64,000 nt of DNA from Eledone cirrhosa (taxonomy: Eukaryota): assembly GCA_964016885.1 (NCBI GenBank), contig OZ024741.1:367288001-367352000 (forward strand), in the 5' to 3' direction. Below are positions 21,953-36,900 of the stretch, piece after piece. Within the stretch, counting starts at the first letter, position 1, and every line of letters begins with the position of its first letter. The notes under the pieces were generated by a model. That model saw only the letters and a program-made list of their open reading frames with translations, was not told the origin of the DNA and made no database searches. The translations under genes were made by a program, and so were the position numbers.

Positions 21953-24900
21953 TGTGTATCTGTCTGTGTATCTGTATGTGTATCTGTATGTGTATCTGTA
22001 TGTGTATCTGTCTGTGTATCTGTCTGTATATCTGTCTGTGTATCTGTCTGTGTATCTGTCTGTGTATCTGTATGTGTATCTGTCTGTGTATCTGTATGTG
22101 TATCTGTCTGTGTATCTGTCTGTGTATCTGTATGTGTATCTGTCTGTGTATCTGTATGTGTATCTGTATGTGTATCTGTATGTGTATCTGTATGTATATC
22201 TGTCTGTGTATCTGTATGTGTATCTGTCTGTGTATCTGTATGTGTATCTGTCTGTGTATCTGTATGTGTATCTGTCTGTGTATCTGTCTGTGTATCTGTC
22301 TGTGTATCTGTCTGTGTATCTGTCTGTGTATCTGTATGTGTATCTGTATGTGTATCTGTATGTGTATCTGTCTGTGTATCTGTATGTGTATCTGTCTGTG
22401 TATCTGTCTGTGTGTCTGTCTGTGTCTCTGTCTGTGTCTGTGTATCTGTCTGTGTATCTGTCTGTGTATCTGCCTGTGTATCTGTCTGTGTTTCTGTCTG
22501 TGTATCTGTCTGTGTATCTGTCTGTGTATCTGTCTGTGTATCTGTATGTGTATCTGTCTGTGTATCTGTCTGTGTATCTGTCTGTGTATCTGTATGTGTA
22601 TCTGTCTGTGTATCTGTCTGTGTATCTGTATGTGTATCTGTCTGTGTATCTGTCTGTGTATCTGTATGTGTATCTGTCTGTGTATCTGTCTGTGTTTCTG
22701 TATGTGTATCTGTATGTGTATCTGTCTGTGTATCTGTCTGTGTATCTGTCTGTGTATCTGTATGTGTATCTGTCTGTGTATCTGTATGTGTATCTGTCTG
22801 TGTTTCTGTATGTGTATCTGTCTGTGTATCTCTATGTGTATCTGTCTGTGTTTCTGTATGTGTATCTGTATGTGTATCTGTCTGTGTATCTGTATGTGTA
22901 TCTGTCTGTGAATCTGTATGTGTATCTGTCTGTGTATCTGTATGTGTATCTGTCTGTGTATCTGTCTGTGTATCTGTCTGTGTATCTGTCTGTGTATCTG
23001 ACTGTCTATCTGTCTGTGTATCTGTCTGTGTATCTGTCTGTGTATCTGTATGTGTATCTGTCTGTGTATCTGTCTGTGTTTCTGTCTGTGTATCTGTATG
23101 TGTATCTGTATGTGTCTCTGTCTGTGTCTCTGTCTATGTCTCTGTCTGTGTCTCTGTCTGTGTATCTGTATGTGTATCTGTCTGTGTATCTGTCTGTGTA
23201 TCTGTATGTGTATCTGTCTGTGTATCTGTCTGTGTATCGGTCTGTGTATCTGTCTGTGTATCTGTCTGTGTATCTGTCTGTGTATCTGTATGTGTATCTG
23301 TCTGTGTCTGTGTATCTGTCTGTTTATCTGTCTGTGTATCTGTCTCTGTATCTGTCTGTGTATCTGTATGTGTATCTGTATGTGTCTCTGTCTGTGTATC
23401 TGTCTGTGTTCCTGTATGTGTATCTGTCTGTGTATCTGTATGTGTATCTGTCTGTGTATCTGTCTGTGTATCTGTCTGTGTCTCTGTCTGTGTCTCTGTA
23501 TGTGTATCTGTATGTGTATCTGTATGTGTATCTGTCTGTGTATCTGTCTGTGTCTCTGTCTGTGTATCTGTCTTTGTATCTGTCTGTGTCTCTGTCTGTG
23601 TCTCTGTCTGTGTCTCTGTCTGTGTATCTGTATGTGTATCTGTCTGTGTATCTGTCTGTGTATCTGTCTGTGTCTCTGTCTCTGTATCTGTATGTGTATC
23701 TGTATGTGTATCTGTCTGTGTATCTGTCTGTGTATCTGTATGTGTCTCTGTCTGTGTCTCTGTCTGTGTATCTGTCTGTGTATCTGTCTGTGTATCTGTA
23801 TGTGTATCTGTATGTGTATCTGTCTGTGTATCTGTATGTGTATCTGTCTGTGTATCTGTATGTGTATCTGTCTGTGTATCTGTCTGTGTATCTGTCTGTG
23901 TATCTGTCTGTGTATCTGTCTGTGTATCTGTATGTGTATCTGTCTGTGTATCTGTATGTGTATCTGTCTGTGTATCTGTATGTGTATCTGTCTGTGTCTC
24001 TGTCTGTGTATCTGTCTGTGTATCTGTATGTGTATCTGTCTGTGTCTGTGTATCTGTCTGTGTATCTGTCTGTGTATCTGTCTGTGTATCTGTATGTGTA
24101 TCTGTCTGTGTATCTGTCTGTGTATCTGTCTGTGTCTCTGTCTGTGTCTCTGTCTGTGTCTCTGTCTATGTCTCTGTCTGTGTATCTGTCTGTGTTCCTG
24201 TCTGTGTATCTGTCTGTGTCTCTGTCTGTGTCTCTGTCTGTGTCTCTGTCTGTGTATTTGTATGTGTATCTGTCTGTGTATCTGTATGTGTATCTGTCTG
24301 TGTATCTGTCGGTGTATCTGTATGTGTATATGTATGTGTCTCTGTCTGTGTATCTGTATGTGTATCTGTCTGTGTATCTGTATGTGTATCTGTCTGTGTA
24401 TCTGTCTGTGTATCTGTCTGTGTATCTGTCTGTGTATCTGTCTGTGTATCTGTCTGTGTATCTGTATGTGTATATGTATGTGTATCTGTCTGTGTATCTG
24501 TCTGTGTATCTGTATGTGTATCTGTCTGTGTTCCTGTATGTGTATCTGTCTGTGTATCTGTATGTGTATCTGTCTGTGTATCTGTCTGTGTATCTGTCTG
24601 TGTATCTGTATGTGTATCTGTCTGTGTATCTGTATGTGTATCTGTATGTGTATCTGTATGTGTATCTGTCTGTTTATCTGTCTGTGTATCTGTCTGTGTA
24701 TCTGCCTGTGTATCTGTCTGTGTATCTGTATGTGTATCTGTCTGTGTATCTGTATGTGTATCTGTCTGTGTATCTGTCTGTGTATCTGTATGTGTATCTG
24801 TCTGTGTATCTGTATGTGTATCTGTATGTGTATCTGTATGTGTATCTGTATGTGTATCTGTCTGTGTGTCTGTCTGTGTCTCTGTCTGTGTCTGTATATC

Positions 24901-27900
24901 TGTCTGTGTATCTGTCTGTGTATCTGTCTGTGTATCTGTATGTGTATCTGTCTGTGTATCTGTCTGTGAATCTGTATGTGTATCTGTCTGTGTATCTGTA
25001 TGTGTATCTGTCTGTGTATCTGTCTGTGTATCTGTCTGTGTATCTGTCTGTGTATCTGACTGTCTATCTGTCTGTGTATCTGTCTGTGTATCTGTCTGTG
25101 TATCTGTATGTGTATCTGTCTGTGTATCTGTCTGTGTTTCTGTCTGTGTATCTGTATGTGTATCTGTATGTGTCTCTGTCTGTGTCTCTGTCTATGTCTC
25201 TGTCTGTGTCTCTGTCTGTGTATCTGTATGTGTATCTGTCTGTGTATCTGTCTGTGTATCTGTATGTGTATCTGTCTGTGTATCTGTCTGTGTATCGGTC
25301 TGTGTATCTGTCTGTGTATCTGTCTGTGTATCTGTCTGTGTATCTGTATGTGTATCTGTCTGTCTCTGTGTATCTGTCTGTTTATCTGTCTGTGTATCTG
25401 TCTCTGTATCTGTCTGTGTATCTGTATGTGTATCTGTATGTGTCTCTGTCTGTGTATCTGTCTGTGTTCCTGTATGTGTATCTGTCTGTGTATCTGTATG
25501 TGTATCTGTCTGTGTATCTGTCTGTGTATCTGTCTGTGTCTCTGTCTGTGTCTCTGTATGTGTATCTGTATGTGTATCTGTATGTGTATCTGTCTGTGTA
25601 TCTGTCTGTGTCTCTGTCTGTGTATCTGTCTTTGTATCTGTCTGTGTCTCTGTCTGTGTCTCTGTCTGTGTCTCTGTCTGTGTATCTGTATGTGTATCTG
25701 TCTGTGTATCTGTCTGTGTATCTGTCTGTGTCTCTGTCTCTGTATCTGTATGTGTATCTGTATGTGTATCTGTCTGTGTATCTGTCTGTGTATCTGTATG
25801 TGTCTCTGTCTGTGTCTCTGTCTGTGTATCTGTCTGTGTATCTGTCTGTGTATCTGTATGTGTATCTGTATGTGTATCTGTCTGTGTATCTGTATGTGTA
25901 TCTGTCTGTGTATCTGTATGTGTATCTGTCTGTGTATCTGTCTGTGTATCTGTCTGTGTATCTGTCTGTGTATCTGTCTGTGTATCTGTATGTGTATCTG
26001 TCTGTGTATCTGTATGTGTATCTGTCTGTGTATCTGTATGTGTATCTGTCTGTGTCTCTGTCTGTGTATCTGTCTGTGTATCTGTATGTGTATCTGTCTG
26101 TGTCTGTGTATCTGTCTGTGTATCTGTCTGTGTATCTGTCTGTGTATCTGTATGTGTATCTGTCTGTGTATCTGTCTGTGTATCTGTCTGTGTCTCTGTC
26201 TGTGTCTCTGTCTGTGTCTCTGTCTATGTCTCTGTCTGTGTATCTGTCTGTGTTCCTGTCTGTGTATCTGTCTGTGTCTCTGTCTGTGTCTCTGTCTGTG
26301 TCTCTGTCTGTGTATTTGTATGTGTATCTGTCTGTGTATCTGTATGTGTATCTGTCTGTGTATCTGTCTGTGTATCTGTATGTGTATATGTATGTGTCTC
26401 TGTCTGTGTATCTGTATGTGTATCTGTCTGTGTATCTGTATGTGTATCTGTCTGTGTATCTGTATGTGTATCTGTCTGTGTATCTGTCTGTGTATCTGTC
26501 TGTGTATCTGTCTGTGTATCTGTCTGTGTATCTGTCTGTGTATCTGTATGTGTATATGTATGTGTATCTGTCTGTGTATCTGTCTGTGTATCTGTATGTG
26601 TATCTGTCTGTGTTCCTGTATGTGTATCTGTCTGTGTATCTGTATGTGTATCTGTCTGTGTATCTGTCTGTGTATCTGTCTGTGTATCTGTATGTGTATC
26701 TGTCTGTGTATCTGTATGTGTATCTGTATGTGTATCTGTATGTGTATCTGTCTGTTTATCTGTCTGTGTATCTGTCTGTGTATCTGCCTGTGTATCTGTC
26801 TGTGTATCTGTATGTGTATCTGTCTGTGTATCTGTATGTGTATCTGTCTGTGTATCTGTCTGTGTATCTGTATGTGTATCTGTCTGTGTATCTGTATGTG
26901 TATCTGTATGTGTATCTGTATGTGTATCTGTATGTGTATCTGTCTGTGTGTCTGTCTGTGTCTCTGTCTGTGTCTGTATATCTGTCTGTGTATCTGTCTG
27001 TGTATCTGTCTGTGTATCTGTCTGTGTATCTGTCTGTATTTCTGTCTGTGTATCTGTCTGTGTATCTGTCTGTGTATCTGTCTGTGTATCTGTATGTGTA
27101 TCTGTCTGTGTATCTGTCTGTGTATCTGTCTGTGTATCTGTATGTGTATCTGCCTGTGTATCTGTCTGTGTTTCTGTATGTGTATCTGTCTGTGTATCTG
27201 TCTGTGTATCTGTATGTGTATCTGTCTGTGTATCTGTCTGTGTATCTGTCTGTGTTTCTGTACGTGTATCTGTATGTGTATCTGTCTGTGTATCTGTCTG
27301 TGTATCTGTCTGTGTATCTGTATGTGTATCTGTCTGTGTATCTGTCTGTGTATCTGTATGTGTATCTGTCTGTGTATCTGTATGTGTATCTGTCTGTGTA
27401 TCTGTCTGTGTTTCTGTTTGTGTATCTGTATGTGTATCTGTATGTGTCTCTGTCTGTGTCTCTGTCTGTGTCTCTGTCTGTGTCTCTGTCTGTGTATCTG
27501 TATGTGTATCTGTCTGTGTATCTGTCTGTGTATCTGTCTGTGTATCTGTCTGTGTATCTGTCTGTGTATCTGTCTGTGTATCTGTCTGTGTATCTGTATG
27601 TGTATCTGTCTGTGTATCTGTCTGTGTATCGGTCTGTGTATCTGTCTGTGTATCTGTCTGTTTATCTGTCTGTGTATCTGTATGTGTATCTGTCTGTGTC
27701 TGTGTATCTGTCTGTTTATCTGTCTGTGTATCTGTCTGTGTATCTGTCTGTGTATCTGTCTGTGTATCTGTCTGTGTATCTGTCTGTGTATCTGTCTGTG
27801 TATCTGTCTGTGTTTCTGTATGTGTATCTGTATGTGTATCTGTCTGAGTATCTGTCTGTGTATCTGTCTGTGTATCTGTCTGTGTATCTGTCTGTGTTTC

Positions 27901-30900
27901 TGTATGTGTATCTGTATGTGTATCTGTCTGTGTATCTGTATGTGTATCTGTCTGTGTTTCTGTACGTGTATCTGTCTGTGTATCTCTCTGTGTTTCTGTA
28001 TGTGTATCTGTATGTGTATCTGTCTGTGTATCTGTATGTGTATCTGTCTGTGTTTCTGTATGTGTATCTGTCTGTGTATCTGTCTGTGTTCCTGTATGTG
28101 TATCTGTCTGTGTATCTGTATGTGTATCTGTCTGTGTATCTGTCTGTGTATCTGTCTGTGTATCTGTCTGTGTATCTGTCTGTGTTTCTGTATGTGTATC
28201 TGTATGTGTATCTGTCTGTGTATCTGTATGTGTATCTGTCTGTGTTTCTGTATGTGTATCTGTCTGTGTATCTGTCTGTGTTACTGTATGTGTATCTGTA
28301 TGTGTATCTGTCTGTGTATCTGTCTGTGTATCTGTCTGTGTTTCTGTATGTGTATCTGTCTGTGTATCTGTCTGTGTTTCGGTATGTGTATCTGTCTGTG
28401 TATCTGTATGTGTCTCTGTCTGTGTATCTGTATGTGTATCTGTATGTGTATCTGTCTGTGTATCTGTATGTGTATCTGTCTGTGTTTCTGTATGTGTATC
28501 TGTATGTTTATCTGTATGTGTATCTGTCTGTGTATCTGTATGTGTATCTGTCTGAGTATCTGTATGTGTATCTGTCTGTGTATATGTCTGTGTATCTGTA
28601 TGTGTATCTGTCTGTGTATCTGTCTGTGTATCTGTCTGTGTTTCTGTATGTGTATCTGTATGTGTATCTGTCTGTGTATCTGTCTGTGTATCTGTCTGTG
28701 TATCTGTCTGTGTTTCTGTATGTGTATCTGTATGTGTATCTGTCTGTGTATCTGTATGTGTATCTGTCTGTGTTTCTGTATGTGTATCTGTCTGTGTATC
28801 TGTATGTGTATCTGTCTGTGTTTCTGTATGTGTATCTGTATGTGTATCTGTGTGTGTATCTGTATGTGTATCTGTCTGTGTATCTGTCTGTGTTCCTGTA
28901 TGTGTATCTGTATGTGTATCTGTATGTGTCTGTGTCTCTGTCTCTGTATGTGTATCTGTATGTGTATCTGTCTGTGTGTATCTGTATGTGTATCTGTCTG
29001 TGTATCTGTATGTGTATCTGTATGTGTATCTGTATGTGTATCTGTCTGTGTATCTGTCTGTATATCTGTCTGTGTATCTGTCTGTGTATCTGTCTGTGTA
29101 TCTGTATGTGTATCTGTCTGTGTATCTGTATGTGTATCTGTCTGTGTATCTGTATGTGTATCTGTATGTGTATCTGTATGTGTATCTGTATGTGTCTCTG
29201 TCTGTGTATCTGTATGTGTATCTGTCTGTGTATCTGTCTGTGTATCTGTCTGTGTATCTGTCTGTGTATCTGTCTGTGTATCTGTATGTGTATCTGTATG
29301 TGTATCTGTATGTGTATCTGTCTGTGTATCTGTATGTGTATCTGTCTGTGTATCTGTCTGTGTGTCTGTCTGTGTCTCTGTCTGTGTCTGTGTATCTGTC
29401 TGTGTATCTGTCTGTGTTTCTGTCTGTGTATCTGTCTGTGTATCTGTCTGTGTATCTGTCTGTGTATCTGTATGTGTATCTGTCTGTGTATCTGTCTGTG
29501 TATCTGTATGTGTATCTGTCTGTGTATCTGTCTGTGTTTCTGTATGTGTATCTGTCTGTGTATCTGTCTGTGTATCTGTATGTGTATCTGTCTGTGTATC
29601 TGTCTGTGTATCTGTCTGTGTTTCTGTATGTGTATCTGTATGTGTATCTGTCTGTGTATCTGTCTGTGTATCTGTCTGTGTATCTGTATGTGTATCTGTC
29701 TGTGTATCTGTATGTGTATCTGTCTGTGTTTCTGTATGTGTATCTGTCTGTGTATCTGTATGTGTATCTGTCTGTGTTTCTGTATGTGTATCTGTATGTG
29801 TATCTGTCTGTGTATCTGTATGTGTATCTGTCTGTGAATCTGTATGTGTATCTGTATGTGTATCTGTATGTGTATCTGTCTGTGTATCTGTATGTGTATC
29901 TGTCTGTGTATCTGTATGTGTATCTGTCTGTGTATCTGTATGTGTATCTGTCTGTGTATCTGTCTGTGTATCTGTCTGTGTATCTGTCTGTGTATCTGTC
30001 TGTGTATCTTTCTGTGTATCTGTATGTGTCTCTGTCTGTGTATCTGTCTGTGTATCTGTATGTGTATCTGTATCTGTATCTGTCTGTGTATCTGTATGTG
30101 TATCTGTCTGTGTATCTGTCTGTGTATCTGTATGTGTATCTGTATGTGTCTCTGTCTGTGTATCTGTCTGTGTATCTGTATGTGTATCTGTCTGTGTATC
30201 TGTCTGTGTATCTGTCTGTGTATCTGTATGTGTATCTGTATGTGTATCTGTATGTGTATCTGTTTGTGTTTCTGTATGTGTATCTGTCTGTGTATCTGTA
30301 TGTGTATCTGTCTGTGTCTCTGTCTGTGTCTCTGTCTGTGTATCTGTATGTGTATCTGTCTGTGTATCTGTATGTGTATCTGTATGTGTATCTGTATGTG
30401 TATCTGTATGTCTATCTGTTTGTGTTTCTGTATGTGTATCTGTCTGTGTATCTGTATGTGTATCTGCCTGTGTCTCTGTCTGTGTCTCTGTCTGTGTCTC
30501 TGTCTGTGTATCTGTCTGTGTATCTGTCTGTGTATCTGTATGTGTATCTGTCTGTGTATCTGTCTGTGTTTCTGTCTGTGTATCTGTCTGTGTATCTGTC
30601 TGTGTATCTGTCTGTGTATCTGTATGTGTATATCTCTGTGTATCTGTATGTGTATCTGTCTGTGTATCTGTCTGTGTTTCTGTGTGTGTATCTGTATGTG
30701 TATCTGTCTGTGTCTCTGTCTGTGTCTCTGTATGTGTATCTGTCTGTGTATCTGTCTGTGTATCTGTCTGTCTATCTGTCTGTGTATCTGTCTGTGTATC
30801 TGTCTGTGTATCTGTATGTGTATCTGTCTGTGTATCTGTCTGTGTTTCTGTCTGTGTATCTGTATGTGTATCTGTATGTGTCTCTGTCTGTGTCTCTGTC

Positions 30901-33900
30901 TGTGTCTCTGTCTGTGTCTCTGTCTGTGTATCTGTATGTGTATCTGTCTGTGTATCTGTCTGTGTATCTGTCTGTATATCTGTCTGTGTATCTGTCTGTG
31001 TATCTGTCTGTGTATCTGTCTGTGTATCGGTCTGTGTATCTGTCTGTGTATCTGTCTGTGTATCTGTCTGTGTATCTGTATGTGTATATGTCTGTGTCTG
31101 TGTATCTGTCTGTTTATCTGTCTGTGTATCTGTCTGTGTATCTGTCTGTGTATCTGTATGTGTATCTGTCTGTGTCTCTGTCTGTGTATCTGTCTGTGTT
31201 CCTGTATGTGTATCTGTCTGTGTATCTGTATGTGTATCTGTCTGTGTATCTGTATGTGTATCTGTCTGTGTCTCTGTCTGTGTTTCTGTCTGTGTATCTG
31301 TATGTCTATATGTATGTGTATCTGTCTGTGTATCTGTCTGTGTCTCTGTCTGTGTATCTGTATGTGTATCTGTCTGTGTATCTGTCTTTGTATCTGTCTG
31401 TGTCTCTGTCTGTGTCTCTGTCTGTGTCTCTGTCTGTGTATCTGTATGTGTATCTGTCTGTGTATCTGTCTGTGTATCTGTCTGTGTCTCTGTCTCTGTA
31501 TCTGTATGTGTATCTGTATGTGTATCTGTCTGTGTATCTGTCTGTGTATCTGTATGTGTCTCTGTCTGTGTCTCTGTCTGTGTATCTGTCTGTGTATCTG
31601 TATGTGTATCTGTATGTGTACCTGTATGTGTATCTGTCTGTGTATCTGTATGTGTATCTGTCTGTGTATCTGTATGTGTATCTGTATGTGTATCTGTCTG
31701 TGTATCTGTCTGTGTATCTGTCTGTGTATCTGTCTGTGTATCTGTCTGTGTATCTGTATGTGTATCTGTCTGTGTATCTGTCTGTGTATCTGTATGTGTA
31801 TCTGTCTGTGTATCTGTATGTGTATCTGTCTGTGTCTCTGTCTGTGTATCTGTCTGTGTATCTGTACGTGTATCTGTCTGTGTCTGTGTATCTGTCTGTG
31901 TATCTGTCTGTGTATCTGTCTGTGTATCTGTATGTGTATCTGTCTGTGTATCTCTCTGTGTCTCTGTCTGTGTCTCTGTCTGTGTCTCTGTCTGTGTCTC
32001 TGTCTGTGTCTCTGTCTGTGTATCTGTCTGTGTTCCTGTCTGTGTATCTCTCTGTGTCTCTGTCTGTGTCTCTGTCTGTGTCTCTGTCTGTGTATTTGTA
32101 TGTGTATCTGTCTGTGTATCTGTATGTGTATCTGTCTGTGTATCTGTCTGTGTATCTGTATGTGTATATGTATGTGTCTCTGTCTGTGTATCTGTCTGTG
32201 TATCTGTCTGTGTATCTGTCTGTGTATCTGTCTGTGTATCTGTCTGTGTATCTGTATGTGTATATGTATGTGTATCTGTCTGTGTATCTGTCTGTGTATC
32301 TGTCTGTGTATCTGTCTGTGTTCCTGTATGTGTATCTGTCTGTGTATCTGTATGTGTATCTGTCTGTGTATCTGTCTGTGTATCTGTCTGTGTATCTGTA
32401 TGTGTATCTGTCTGTGTATCTGTATGTGTATCTGTATGTGTATCTGTATGTGTATCTGTCTGTTTATCTGTCTGTGTATCTGTCTGTGTATTTGCCTGTG
32501 TATCTGTCTGTGTATCTGTATGTGTATCTGTCTGTGTATCTGTATGTGTATCTGTCTGTGTATCTGTCTGTGTATCTGTATGTGTATCTGTCTGTGTATC
32601 TGTATGTGTATCTGTATGTGTATCTGTATGTGTAACTGTATGTGTATCTGTCTGTGTATCTGTATGTGTATCTGTCTGTGTATCTGTATGTGTATCTGTC
32701 TATGTATCTGTATGTGTATCTGTCTGTGTATCTGTCTGTGTATCTGTCTGTGTATCTGTCTGTGTATCTGTATGTGTATCTGTATGTGTATCTGTATGTG
32801 TATCTCTCTGTGTATCTGTATGTGTATCTGTCTGTGTATCTGTCTGTGTGTCTGTCTGTGTCTCTGTCTGTGTCTGTATATCTGTCTGTGTATCTGTCTG
32901 TGTATCTGTCTGTGTATCTGTCTGTGTTTCTGTCTGTGTATCTGTCTGTGTATCTGTCTGTGTATCTGTCTGTGTATCTGTATGTGTATCTGTCTGTGTA
33001 TCTGTCTGTGTATCTGTCTGTGTATCTGTATGTGTATCTGCCTGTGTATCTGTCTGTGTTTCTGTATGTGTATCTGTCTGTGTATCTGTCTGTGTATCTG
33101 TATGTGTATCTGTCTGTGTATCTGTCTGTGTATCTGTCTGTGTTTCTGTATGTGTATCTGTATGTGTATCTGTCTGTGTATCTGTCTGTGTATCTGTCTG
33201 TGTATCTGTATGTGTATCTGTCTGTGTATCTGTATGTGTATCTGTCTGTGTTTCTGTATGTGTATCTGTCTGTGTATCTGTATGTGTATCTGTCTGTGTT
33301 TCTGTATGTGTATCTGTATGTGTATCTGTCTGTGTATCTGTATGTGTATCTGTCTGTGAATCTGTATGTGTATCTGTATGTGTATCTGTCTGTGTATCTG
33401 TATGTGTATCTGTCTGTGTATCTGTATGTGTATCTGTCTGTGTATCTGTCTGTGTTTCTGTCTGTGTATCTGTATGTGTATCTGTATGTGTCTCTGTCTG
33501 TGTCTCTGTCTGTGTCTCTGTCTGTGTCTCTGTCTGTGTATCTGTATGTGTATCTGTCTGTGTATCTGTCTGTGTATCTGTCTGTGTATCTGTCTGTGTA
33601 TCTGTCTGTGTATCTGTCTGTGTATCTGTCTGTGTATCTGTATGTGTATCTGTCTGTGTATCTGTCTGTGTATCGGTCTGTGTATCTGTCTGTGTATCTG
33701 TCTGTGTATCTGTCTGTGTATCTGTATGTGTATCTGTCTGTGTCTGTGTATCTGTCTGTTTATCTGTCTGTGTATCTGTCTGTGTATCTGTCTGTGTATC
33801 TGTATGTGTATCTGTATGTGTCTCTGTCTTTGTATCTGTCTGTGTTCCTGTATGTGTATCTGTCTGTGTATCTGTATGTGTATCTGTCTGTGTATCTGTC

Positions 33901-36900
33901 TGTGTATCTGTCTGTGTCTCTGTCTGTGTATCTGTCTGTGTCTCTGTCTGTGTATCTGTATGTGTATCTGTCTGTGTATCTGTCTTTGTATCTGTCTGTG
34001 TCTCTGTCTGTGTCTCTGTCTGTATCTCTGTCTGTGTATCTGTATGTGTATCTGTCTGTGTATCTGTCTGTGTATCTGTATGTGTCTCTGTCTGTGTCTC
34101 TGTCTGTGTATCTGTCTGTGTATCTGTCTGTGTATCTGTATGTGTATCTGTATGTGTATCTGTCTGTGTATCTGTATGTGTATCTGTCTGTGTATCTTTT
34201 TGTGTATCTGTATGTGTATCTGTCTGTGTATCTGTCTGTGTATCTGTCTGTGTATCTGTCTGTGTATCTGTCTGTGTATCTGTATGTGTATCTGTCTGTG
34301 TATCTGTCTGTGTATCTGTATGTGTATCTGTCTGTGTATCTGTCTGTGTATCTGTCTGTGTATCTGTCTGTGTATCTGTCTGTGTCTCTGTCTGTGTATC
34401 TGTCTGTGTCTCTGTCTGTGTCTCTGTCTGTGTCTCTGTCTGTGTATTTGTATGTGTATCTGTCTGTGTATCTGTATGTGTATCTGTCTGTGTATCTGTC
34501 TGTGTTTCTGTATGTGTATATGTATGTGTCTCTGTCTGTGTATCTGTATGTGTATCTGTCTGTGTATCTGTATGTGTATCTGTCTGTGTATCTGTATGTG
34601 TATCTGTCTGTGTATCTGTCTGTGTATCTGTCTGTGTATCTGTCTGTGTATCTGTCTGTGTATCTGTCTGTGTATCTGTATGTGTATATGTATGTGTATC
34701 TGTCTGTGTATCTGTCTGTGTATCTGTCTGTGTATCTGTCTGTGTTCCTGTATGTGTATCTGTCTGTGTATCTGTATGTGTATCTGTCTGTGTATCTGTC
34801 TGTGTATCTCTCTGTGTATCTGTATGTGTATCTGTCTGTGTATCTGTATGTGTATCTGTATGTGTATCTGTATGTGTATCTGTCTGTTTATCTGTCTGTG
34901 TATCTGTCTGTGTATCTGCCTGTGTATCTGTCTGTGTATCTGTATGTGTATCTTTCTGTGTATCTGTATGTGTATCTGTCTGTGTATCTGTCTGTGTATC
35001 TGTATGTGTATCTGTCTGTGTATCTGTATGTGTATCTGTATGTGTATCTGTATGTGTATCTGTATGTGTATCTGTCTGTGTATCTGTATGTGTATCTGTC
35101 TGTGTATCTGTATGTGTATCTGTCTGTGTATCTGTCTGTGTATCTGTCTGTGTATCTGTCTGTGTATCTGTCTGTGTATATGTATGTGTATCTGTATGTG
35201 TATCTGTATGTGTATCTGTCTGTGTATCTGTATGTGTATCTGTCTGTGTATCTGTCTGTGTGTCTGTCTGTGTCTCTGTCTGTGTCTGTATATCTGTCTG
35301 TGTATCTGTCTGTGTATCTGTCAGTGTATCTGTCTGTGTATCTGTCTGTGTTTCTGTCTGTGTATCTGTCTGTGTATCTGTCTGTGTATCTGTCTGTGTA
35401 TCTGTATGTGTATCTGTCTGTGTATCTGTCTGTGTATCTGTCTGTGTATCTGTATGTGTATCTGCCTGTGTATCTGTCTGTGTTTCTGTATGTGTATCTG
35501 TCTGTGTATCTGTCTGTGTATCTGTATGTGTATCTGTCTGTGTATCTGTCTGTGTATCTGTCTGTGTTTCTGTATGTGTATCTGTATGTGTATCTGTCTG
35601 TGTATCTGTCTGTGTATCTGTCTGTGTATCTGTATGTGTATCTGTCTGTGTATCTGTCTGTGTATCTGTCTGTGTATCTGTCTGTGTTTCTGTATGTGTA
35701 TCTGTCTGTGTATCTGTATGTGTATATGTCTGTGTTTCTGTATGTGTATCTGTATGTGTATCTGTCTGTGTATCTGTATGTGTATCTGTCGGTGAATCTG
35801 TATGTGTATCTGTATGTGTATCTGTCTGTGTATCTGTATGTGTATCTGTCTGTGTATCTGTATGTGTATCTGTATGTGTATCTGTATGTGTATCTGTATG
35901 TGTATCTGTCTGTGTATCTGTCTGTGTATCTGTATGTGTATCTGTCTGTGTATCTGTATGTGTATCTGTCTGTGTTTCTGTATGTGTATCTGTCTGTGTA
36001 TCTGTATGTGTATCTGTCTGTGTATCTGTCTGTGTATCTGTCTGTGTATCTGTCTGTGTATCTGTCTGTGTATCTGTCTGTGTTTCTGTATGTGTATCTG
36101 TATGTGTATCTGTCTCTGTATCTGTATGTGTATCTGTCTGTGTATCTGTATGTTTATCTGTATGTGTATCTGTCTGTGTATCTGTCTGTGTATCTGTCTG
36201 TGTATCTGTCTGTGTTTCTGTATGTGTATCTGTATGTGTATCTGTCTGTGTATCTGTATGTGTATCTGTCTGTGTATCTGTATGTTTATCTGTATGTGTA
36301 TCTGTATGTGTTTCTGTATGTGTATCTGTATGTGTATCTGTCAGTGTATCTGTCTGTGTATCTGTATGTGTATCTGTCTGTGTGTATCTGTCTGTGTATC
36401 TGTCTGTGTATCTGTCTGTGTATCTGTCTGTGTATCTGTATGTGTATCTGTCTGTGTATCTGTCTGTGTATCTGTCTGTGTATCTGTCTGTATATCTGTC
36501 TGTGTATCTGTATGTGTATCTGTCTGTGTATCTGTCTGTGTATCTGTCTGTGTATCTGTCTGTGTATCTGTCTGTGTATCTGTATGTGTATCTGTATGTG
36601 TATCTGTATGTGTATCTGTCTGTGTATCTGTATGTGTATCTGTCTGTGTATCTGTCTGTGTATCTGTATGTGTATCTGTCTGTGTATCTGTCTGTGTGTC
36701 TGTCTGTGTCTCTGTCTGTGTCTCTGTCTGTGTCTCTGTCTGTGTCTGTGTATCTGTCTGTGTATCTGTCTGTGTATCTGTCTGTGTATCTGTCTGTGTT
36801 TCTGTCTGTGTATCTGTCTGTGTATCTGTCTGTGTATCTGTCTGTGTATCTGTATGTGTATCTGTCTGTGTATCTGTCTGTCCTTCTGTATGTGTATCTG

